Part shown: one piece after another, positions 51,875 to 62,200 of the stretch
Numbering within the stretch: the stretch's first letter is position 1
Layout: the number at the start of each line of letters is the position of its first letter
Notes under the pieces: generated by a model
The model's input: the letters and a program-made list of their open reading frames with translations, nothing else
Databases searched by the model: none
Told to the model about the DNA's origin: nothing
Assembly (NCBI GenBank): GCA_023229985.1
Contig: JALNYF010000003.1
Location: 650-64,649 of the forward strand
DNA length: 64,000 bases
Source of the DNA: Bacteroidales bacterium
Lineage (GTDB): Bacteria; Bacteroidota; Bacteroidia; Bacteroidales; WCHB1-69
Reading direction: 5' to 3'
Translations under genes and position numbers: made by a program

Positions 51875-53194
51875 ATGAAACTAACCCCATCGGCACTTAC
51901 CTATACCTTAGAAAATTTGATGGAAATAGCATTCCCGGAATTGCCCCATACCATTGAGTTAGGTAAAAATGATGCCCTCGTCACCCTACTCGGGGATATT
52001 CAATTACGCTTTATGTTGATGGACAGCGAACAGAACGAAAACCTTCTAAGCGGGACTTTGCGGCTTAGCACGCTCCATACTTCGTGGGGGCATGCTGTCC
52101 CGATATATCATTTTTATGCAAGTGAGAACTTCTATACAATTGATAATAGAGAAGTTACATTTCTGTGTGACTTGGTTACCATTCCATTTATGATGTTATC
52201 GCGCTACGAAGAGAGTTTGACAGATAAGACCGATATTCATGATCGCTATCAATTTGAGAACAGTCTTGCGGCGCGTTATGATTTTATTGATTATCCAATT
52301 GTGGATGAATATGCGCTGATGATTCGGCATTGGGCAAAATCATTATTCCCTCAACTGCCTGTTAATGAACGAAAAGGGCAACTAATTGCGACACACGACA
52401 TTGATATTATTTCGAGATTTGGTCATCTAATCAAGAACATTCGTACTATTTTAGGTGGAGATTTACTCAACCGGAGAAGTTGGACAATGGCAAAGAAATC
52501 GTTCCGGCAGTATCACGATTATCGTGGGGACAAGAACAAAGACCCCTATATCGTCGCTATAGAAATGTTTCTTAAACTATCGCTTAACGCACAAGTATCA
52601 TCCAAATTCTTTTTTAAGGGATTAGTTGATAATGAGTATGATGCGACCTATAACATTTATCACCCGGAAGCGAAATACATTATTACCAAAATAGAAGAAG
52701 CCGGCATGGAAGTGGGACTGCACGGTGGTTATCGTTCATACGATGACACGGCAACTTTTGGCATGGAGAAATCTCGTTTAGAAGAAGTTTGCGGGCATGC
52801 CATTCATAGTCAGCGACAACATTTTTTGCGTTTTGATATTCGGAAAACCATCCGTGTATGGGAAGAATCTGACATTAAGCATGACTACACATTGGGTTAT
52901 GCCGAGCGCGAGGGCTTCCGCTGTGGCACGGCACACCCCTATAAACTGTATGATATTGTCAACGACCGTCCAACTCAAATCGTGGAACACCCTTTGATTG
53001 CAATGGACGGGACTTTTTTCCAGTATCGAAAAATAGATTGTCAAGAAGCCTTAGAAAAAATCAGGGAGTTGTATGAAACCTGTCTGCAAACGGAAGGAGA
53101 TTTTGTTATTTTATGGCATAACACTACTGTTTTCCGCGAATACGAGAATTGGTATCAGGAAGTTTTCAGAAGATTGATGGAGAGTATCCATTAG
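51875..53194 (+). CDS. Polysaccharide deacetylase-like (NodB/CE4-type) protein with N-terminal uncharacterised domain
   Basis: ATHDIDII (D-x-D type), GLHGGYRSY and QRQHFLRF blocks resemble CE4 metal and catalytic motifs. Assignment is tentative. Confidence 0.45.
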   Translation: MKLTPSALTYTLENLMEIAFPELPHTIELGKNDALVTLLGDIQLRFMLMDSEQNENLLSGTLRLSTLHTSWGHAVPIYHFYASENFYTIDNREVTFLCDLVTIPFMMLSRYEESLTDKTDIHDRYQFENSLAARYDFIDYPIVDEYALMIRHWAKSLFPQLPVNERKGQLIATHDIDIISRFGHLIKNIRTILGGDLLNRRSWTMAKKSFRQYHDYRGDKNKDPYIVAIEMFLKLSLNAQVSSKFFFKGLVDNEYDATYNIYHPEAKYIITKIEEAGMEVGLHGGYRSYDDTATFGMEKSRLEEVCGHAIHSQRQHFLRFDIRKTIRVWEESDIKHDYTLGYAEREGFRCGTAHPYKLYDIVNDRPTQIVEHPLIAMDGTFFQYRKIDCQEALEKIRELYETCLQTEGDFVILWHNTTVFREYENWYQEVFRRLMESIH

Positions 53195-53236
53195 CATACG
53201 ACATTCATTAAATTGCTTTTATTAAGTTTCATTGCA

Positions 53237-53267
53237 TAAAAAAACGGGAGGTCAAAAACCTCCCGTT
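53237..53267 (-). terminator. GC-clamp hairpin plus U-tract terminating the giant gene (convergent with the deacetylase-like gene)
   Basis: Gene strand: AACGGGAGG-TTTTTGA-CCTCCCGTT followed by TTTTTAT; 20 nt after the stop at 53287. Confidence 0.75.
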
Positions 53268-53286
53268 ACATTATTGGATAATCAGT

Positions 53287-56200
53287 CTATTTGGTAATGA
53301 CCAATTTCTTCGTAGTGAAATTAGCACCGTCGTTCAAAGTGACGAAATAAACGCCTTGTGCCCATTGAGCTATATCAACACGAACTTGATTATCGTTAAC
53401 GTTAGAAACATCATATTGAGACATCAATTTTCCATTAACATCAGTAATCGTGATATTTGCTTCTTCGCCCAACTCACCCAGGGTCATCACGAAATAGGTT
53501 TGTGCCGGGTTCGGATAAAGATCAATGAGAGTATTTCCATCATTTTCATTATCTTCAATGCCGGTTGGTGCAGTCAACGGATCTACTCCAATGTTATAGT
53601 GCAACGTTTCGGTAGCCAATAACAAGCCGGTGCTTTGAGCATTTTTACCACCTAAGCGTTTGCCGGTTGTCCAAGTCAAACCAAAATCAGTACCAGCGGT
53701 CATTTCAACCAAGTTGAAGACAATCGAATAATCGCCCGGAGCTGCCCACGTTGTGATAATTCTGCTGTGAGTACTATTCAGGAAGTGTAAGTAGAAATAG
53801 TTGTATAAATAGGTGGTAGTTGGAGCAAAGGTATTGCCCGGAATATTTCCTGTTCCTTCGGTCAAGTTCTTACCAATGTAACGCGACATATTGCCATAAT
53901 ACGTTTCCATTCTGATATTGGCAACATTTGACAACATCGAGATTGGTTCTTCACCGTCATAAATGGTGTATTCAATACTTACCTTGGTATTTTCTTCATA
54001 CGCATTTTTGCTGCAAATTAACGTATCGATAGAAGTAGCCTCATTAATAAGATCGGTGGTCAAAGACAAGGTCGGATTACCTATCGGGAACTCAGGAGTA
54101 CCAGGACCGTCACCGCCGGATTCTCCTTCAATGGTAAAGAAGATACTGCGAGTAGCCAAAATCGGATACAAATCAGTACTGTTCTTACCTCCAACATATT
54201 CGAGAGTATTGAAGTCGGAAGTGTAAGTCAGTGAGTAATCTGTACCACCTTCTTGTTGCAACAGGTCAAATACTATTTCGTACTCGCCCGGAGTGGTGAA
54301 TGTATGAGAAACAAGATTAGGACGTCTGTTAAAGAAATGGAAATAGAAGTAGTTGTATTGGTTATTACCCACACTAAACGTATTGGTAGGAATACTTCCC
54401 ATCGGAATATTCACACTGCGTCCTACGTAGCTGTTCAAGAAATAGGTAGAGAGATTCAATCTACCTCCACAAGCATCTTCCAAGTTGCTGACTACTTGAC
54501 CATCTTTATAAACGGTGTAAAGAAGTGCGACTTTCATATTTTGATCCATTTGGTTGGCATAAGCCGTCAGTTCATACGTTTGTTCATCTACTGAATCAAG
54601 AAGGATAAATGCATTCTCACCATAATCATTTGTAATGGTCAGATTGAAACGGATAATCATATCGCAGTTGTTACCTGCGGTTCTGACATAATAGGTACCG
54701 CTTTCACTATACAACTGATCAAAGAAACGATAAGGTACGTCGATAATCGAAATCGTTTGATCGACATCAACGGTATCCATTGGGATTACATTCATCGCAA
54801 GGAAGACAGTACTATCGCAACCGTTCTGAGCAGTCAGGTCTAATACATACTCGTACTCACCAGCCACATCCGGCACTTCAATATCAAAACCATAATCGGT
54901 AAAATATGTATCAGCGCACGTTTCGGCATCCAAATAGGTAACAATTTCAGGAATTACCGTAATCAACAGATTGGTAGTCGTTGTACATTGACCCAATGTA
55001 GCAACGAAATCAAGATTGAGAGACACTGTCATATTGTCAATAGTCAAACTACTGCCCTCAAACTGATCCGCATCTATTTGCCAATTCGTTTCTGTAGCAT
55101 TGGTAGCGGCTTCTAATTGCAGCGTTCCGCCATAACATAATGTTGTTTCGCCGATAATTTCAACGGTTGGAAGAGGCATTACATAAACTTGGATGTAATC
55201 GATACTATCACAACCATTGGCGAGAGTGAATTGGTCTGTAATCAAAGTATCGGCAAGAACCGTGAATTCGCGGATGTCATCAGAGTAAGTGCTACCGTAG
55301 CAAACATTTACATCTTGGTAGTGATAAACAGTAGGATTAACGTGCAGGGTTAAGCGGGTAATGCTATCGCAGCCTTGGGAAGATTCGCCATAAGAGTAGA
55401 AATAAGTATTATTTTCTGCATCCAAGTTACGGAGGCTGTCTTGTGGAATTACGAAGCCATAACCTTGATAGTCGCTGCCTTCACATACTTCTGCATTAAC
55501 TTCTACATAGCCAAATGTTTGATTATAAACAGGTAATACCCTCAATTCTAAAGCAGCGCGGTAAGTGCCGCAATAGTTTGTTCCGGTGATGATCGTATCT
55601 CTGACAACACCCGGCAATTGGGTTTCAGCCGCGGAAATATCAAATCCATTTTCCGTATAAGGCTCACCCTGACAAACAGTTGCATAGAAATCAGCAACAG
55701 AATCTAACGGTATAACTGTAACATAAACTGAATCGAGTGCCATACAAGTAGCTGTCGTTTCGTATAAATAATTCTGACTAGGAGTAACTGTACTAATAGC
55801 ATTGACATGGAAAATTGAATCTTTAGGAATGATCATTAATCCATCCGTTAGTAAATCAACAGCATAACAAGAACTTAGACTATTTTCAGTAGAAGTTAAG
55901 AAAGTATGAACAATCGGAGATAATCCTGCGGTAATCAAAGACTGGTCGATGTAATTCGCCGTAGTTGCATCATAAACTTCATCAACAGCAGGCAAATACC
56001 AATCACCATAAGTATTAATAGTGAGTGTATCGCAATAGTTAAATGCAGGATAAATGCTACGCCAGCCACCAATTGCACGAACTGCGGCCATATTATCGCG
56101 TCCGTTGGTCATACTGCCGGCATTAATGACGGTAATATCATCACCACTCCACTTCGCTAATTTTCCGCGAAGAGCAACCATATAGATCAAATCGGCAGTT

Positions 56201-59200
56201 GAGTCGATACGATATACAACGCCAACAGCGGTTTTACCCGATTCTGTAAAGTTGGCAGGTGATACAAAGAAATTATCGTTCGTCATGATGTCGCCAATAT
56301 GAACCTGATTGACACTTGCCAATAGGTGATACTCTTTATAACCGGTGACAGCGTAAGTGGCATCATGTAGTAGGTTATACAATGTATCAGTTGGTCCTGA
56401 AGCACCTGATTCCCAATTGTAATAATCGCAACCGGTTGCAGATAATACTGCATCTCCATTAGCACAGATTGTTATATCATTAGCCGACAGCGGAACATTA
56501 GGCATTACCGTTAAGTACAATGTAACAGTACTATCACAACCTAAGGCTGTATTGTAATAATGATGAAGAACAATTTGATATGGGCGGGTTGCATTTCCCA
56601 CTAAGGAATCAATTGCTCCTGCCGTCAGATGGAAACCATGATTTTGATATTCGCTACCTGCGCAAACATTATCGGAATATATAAAATCATAGGACTGATT
56701 GATAGTCAGATTCAGATGAACAATGGTATCATTTACACCATAAGCATCAGTAAAGGTGAGGTCAGTTTGAGTAGCTACATTATATTCTTCTCCGGAATAA
56801 ATGAATGGGAGATTTGACGAACAAACGACTGTATCCACATATAATTCAACGGTTTGTTCTGGAATGTTCATCGTAATTTCACGAGTTGCGAATTCCGTTT
56901 GAGTAGCCAATGCGCCACTACCACCAATACGTCTTGCCGGATTTCCGTATTCCGGTGAAACGTCGGTTCCACCTGCATACTCTCTCAAAATAAATTTGAT
57001 GGTATAAGATCCCGGTACATTCCAAGTAGCAGTCAGACGATTTTGGGTTGCATCCATAAAATGGAGATAGAAATAATTGTAATAGAAATAGATAACATTA
57101 AACGTATTCGTTGGAACAGAGCCTAAACCGTTCAATAAATCTCTTCCTATATATCTGTTCAAATCAGGATATCTTGTATCGAAATGAACGGTGCCGTATC
57201 TGCTAACATCGTCGATTAATACGCCATTGCGAGTGATTTCATAATCCAAAGCAACTTTGGTATTCAAATCGAGAGCAGCGGCATCCACACCAAGGGTGAA
57301 GCGATTAACCACACCGACAAGAGGACTGAGTGTAGTGGTATCAACCATAATAATAGGATCAGAAACAACGAAATCCAAGATAACCACACTATCACATCCG
57401 TGAATTGTTGGGAGGACATAAGTATAGGTTCCGGTACTTGTTAGTAAATTGCCATAATAGTTATATGGTAGCTGTGATGAAGCAACTGCCAATGATTCGC
57501 GAGTGGTATCGGAGTAGTTAACAGTCAAGTGGAGGGTTAACAAAGTATCACAATCCATCGTACCATCGCCGTCGCTATCAATATTTTCTGCGTAATTAAA
57601 ATAGGTATAATCACCACTTTCCGTATAGGTAATACCGGTTACGTCCCAAGTATATTCGTTACAAGCATTGATATTAATTTCCTCTTCAAATTGCGTATTA
57701 TTGAGTGTTAAGAAGAGAGAAACGATACTATCGCAACCAGCTTCGGATTGATAAATGCGAACGTGAGGATCCAAGTAAGAATCTGTGTTATAGGTAACTC
57801 CGTCCCAAACATAATCGTCTTGACAAGTACGAACAGTGAAAGATGTATAAAGCGTTGGAGCTACATTCACATGAAGCAATCTCATTTCATAATTTTCTTC
57901 TTCCTCAAACATGATGTGATAGTCACCGGCGCGAGAGATTTCATTTCCATAGTAGTCGTATGGAAGTTGGCTTTCGCAAAGGGTGATTTCTTCTGTGGTA
58001 GTATCCACCGGACTAACGATGATGGTAAGTGAATCGTATTCAAACATACGACCAGAATGTGTACTACCGGCACCACCTAAACGGTAAGTGTCATCATATA
58101 AATAAGGATAATCGTTACCACCGGTCATTTCGACTAATCTGAATACAAATTTATACTCACCGGGTTCTGTCCAAGTGGCACGTAATGTGTTATTGGTAGT
58201 GGTAAAGAAGCTAAAATAGAAGAAGTTGTAATCGTAATTATACATTGAATAAGTGGTACCGGGTATTGATCCCAATCCGCTTTGGAGAATATTACCAAAT
58301 TCCTCGTGAATCAATGGATATTCCGTTTCAATTCGAATGCGACCGAAAGTGTCCATTGGACCAACGGCTACGCCATCTTTGTATAATTGGAAATCCATTG
58401 CCAATTTAATATCGGAATTATATTCACAAGCGGTACGACAGTTAATCGGCACTTCCATTTCGGCATAAACCGGAACAGCAACACGGCGGCTCGCGATGTC
58501 AATATATGGTTGATTACCAATACGCAAATCCAAGTAATAAACAATACTATCACAGCCATTTTGTCTCAAAATGCGAACAGTATCCATGGCAGATTCCGTA
58601 TAGTTTTCACCATTAACATACCAATGATAGGTTTCGCCTTCGCAGAGACGTTTTACCACACGACTTTCTACCGGATATAAAACTGACAAGTGCAAAGTAA
58701 CAACGCTGTCGCAGCCGGTAGAAGATTGGAAGGTCAAATAATAGTCGCCGGAGCGATTACAAATGACGCGGTTATCGTCATCTCCGAATACGAGCGGAAG
58801 TTCGCTGGCGCAAACCGTTCTATACTCTTCGCTGCCAATGGCAATCACCTCTACTTGGCTGACCGCTGTTTCCGAACAGCCCGTAGTTCTGTCGGTAACT
58901 ACAACCTCATATCGTTGAGTACCCACGGCGGGACGCAAAGCTCCCACAACGGAAGTGTTGAAGCTGACCAAATGCCCGCCATCGGTTTGTGACCATTGGT
59001 AATCTGAATTATCATCCAAATCAGTATAACTGAAAATTTCGACATTGCTTCCGAAGCATACGGTTGTATCGACAGGAGTGAGATACAGATGATGAGCGGG
59101 GTGTACCATCACCTCAACGGCGCGGCTGTAGGTGATACCACATCCATTTTCAACTCTGTAGCGAACCCAGCTTCCACGCCACGTATCATAAACAGGATCT

Positions 59201-62200
59201 GTAATATTAAATGCCGTGAACGGAGTATTTTCATTAATTAGGCTGTCGGGTGATTGAACCCAGCCTTCGGTACAAGGCAATCCACCGTTACTAATAATGG
59301 TAGAAGGAGTCATCACTAATGGCGATCCGGAGCATATTTCACGTGGATTCGGGTCAGTAATATCAGTCAATTGCGGTATATCATTTACAATAATTTGAAT
59401 GAAATTACTACGTGCCGTACCGCAGACATTGGAAATAGCATATTTGATGTAATATTCGTCCATTCCATAATCTATCACGGAATCGATCGGGAAAGTAGTA
59501 TAAACACCTGCATTATAAATGGGTGAATATTCCCATGATTCCGAGTATTCGGTGTTCCCATTGTCGATAATGGCAGGAGCTGTAACAGGCAATGGGATAC
59601 CGGCGCAGATAGGAGCTATCTCAGCCAAGTTTCCGATACGCGGAATATTGTAAATCGTAATATTCACATAATTTGAATAGGTTATGCCGCAATAATTTTG
59701 TGCCCAATAACGTACAGTAATATCATGGCCGTATGGCAGAATCATGTCAGCACTATAGTTAACCATGACTCCATCTACGTAAACTTCCCAACCTTCTGAT
59801 GTCACAGCACCGCTGTTATTATGGAAATCTACTTGCGGTTGGAATGCAGCCCAATTCATCTGATTTCCGTAGCAGATAGGATCAGGGGTGAGCAACGTAG
59901 CAATTGCGGGCATTGAATCAACGGTGATTATTACGTCATTGCTATAGCCAAATCCACAATGGTTTTGTACCATATAATGAATACTGCTACCGTTCAATTC
60001 TTCGGTAATTGTCAAATCTGTCAAATCCACGTAATTCGAACCATCGGTTGTATATTGCCAACCATTGCTCCAGGCGATTACATCATCCATTCCGACATAA
60101 TCCCATGAAGGAGTATTAATTGGTAATTGATCTCCATCACAGATAGTAGCCGGTTGAATAATATCAGACACAATCGGAACAGTAGTTACATACACGGTTT
60201 TGGCTATACATTCGGTAGGATCGCAGAAATCACTTTTACGTCTTACATAATAAGTAGTAGTTTGGAAAGGAGATACGGTAACAGATTCAGTAGTTTCGTT
60301 TAATAGATTTGTTCCACATTCATCTTCGAACCATTCATAATAACCGTTGTCCCCGAGGAAACCGCCATTAGCGGTAAGGGTGACAGATTCTCCTTGGCAA
60401 ATGGTTGTATCGCCAAATATGGTATCAATCGGCTCGGGAGGTACTCCTACATTCACTTGAATAGGATATCTATTTTCAGAAATACAGCCAAAAATAGTCA
60501 CATCATTCAATTCATAGCCTATCTGTCCAACGTAATTACGGTGCTCTAAGTTGTCATAAAAACCGCCTGCGTCGGTAGAAGGCGTGTTGGGAACACCATA
60601 GCCTTGATAAAGCGTCAAGAAACGGGAAGATCTCAACACATCAGTACCGATTTCGGAATGAGGATTATATTGAATCCCTGCATCGGTCGATACATAAATA
60701 GAATATAACTGATCGGCAGGTATTTCAAATGGTGTTAGCAATGAAATTGTAAGGTCGCCATTAGTAGATGTATTGAAGTTACGATTTTCAACAAGTGTCC
60801 AAGCACTTGGGAAGCCGGTAAAGCTTTCGCAAGTACCGGATTTATAATAAATATAAATAGGATAATTACCCTCATTAACGGTCGTAACTTTTATTTCTTG
60901 AATAGAAACCGCAGAAGCACCGGCTTGAACATCAAAGAAGCAACCTAAGCCGTTGAGTTCTTGGGTATAAGGAGGTGTAGCTATCTCAAAATAACCGGAA
61001 GCCGTCAACATATCTGTAGCTGCAGCCGCATAGTATATGGTTGTATCTAACGGATTGACAACCAATCCACCCACTTCCGGATTGGTAAATCCGAGAGATT
61101 CGGTAGTATTGGCATCTGCATACCACAATATCATCGGGAGTTCAGCATCGGGGTCTTGCTGATAATCTGCCATAGCAAAAGCAGATATAGTAGCTTCAGA
61201 GCCGGTACAGATGGTTGGGGGTTCTGAATAACCGTAGAAAGGTCCCTCAATAGGAGTTACGGAAACTGTAACGGGAATTGTATCCGATGTGCAGAGGAAT
61301 CCGCCTTGTTGATTAACCATTGGAATAATTCGGGCAAAGCCGTTTCCTTGTCTGCCGATTTGCAATTCACCGGTTGGGGTAGGCATTTCTTGGTTACCGG
61401 CAATCATTTGGGCATCATACATACCGGTTACGAAGCTTCTACCGCCGCCGCCACCGGAAGCATAGTTACCTGCGCCGCCACCGCCGTAATAGCCGCCACC
61501 GCCACCACCGGAGCCACCGGCAGAAGAACTGCATCCACCGGAGCCACCGACGCCACCGGCATAAGTGCTTCCATTGCCACTACTACCGCTACTATAACCG
61601 CTTGCGCCGCCGCCGTAAAGATAACCACCGGAAGAACCGCCGGAACCGGCTGCACCACCACTATTTTCGGTAGCACCATAGCCAAAATAGCCATTACCGC
61701 TGCTCGGGCTTCCGTTGATACCATTCAATGCACCACCGGCACCACCGGCACCGCCGGAACCATGTTGTGATCCACCGGAGGATGAGCCGCCACCGCCGCC
61801 ACCGCCGCCGGCTGCTACCATCAAAATAGAGGAGTTAAGTTGTACCATGGAGAAACCTCCACCGCCGCCGCCACCGGCTGCATTATCGCTGCACCATCCG
61901 CCGCTGCCACCGCCGCCGCCACCGTAGCCACCGTTACCACCGGGACAATTCGGGCAAATCGGATTAGAAGCAGTTGAACCACCTTGTTGTCCTACGACTA
62001 CAGTAAATTGATCATTCAAGTTAACATCTATTATACCTTCTACATAAGCGCCCTTACCACCGGCAGATCCGAGATAAGGTCCGTCGCCACCGTTACCGCC
62101 TTGGGCTCCCCAAAGCTGTAATTTCAAATGCTCAACTCCCGGAGGTACAATATAAGATTGCGGAGATCCACTATATGTAAATTCTATGGGCTCTCCTTCA

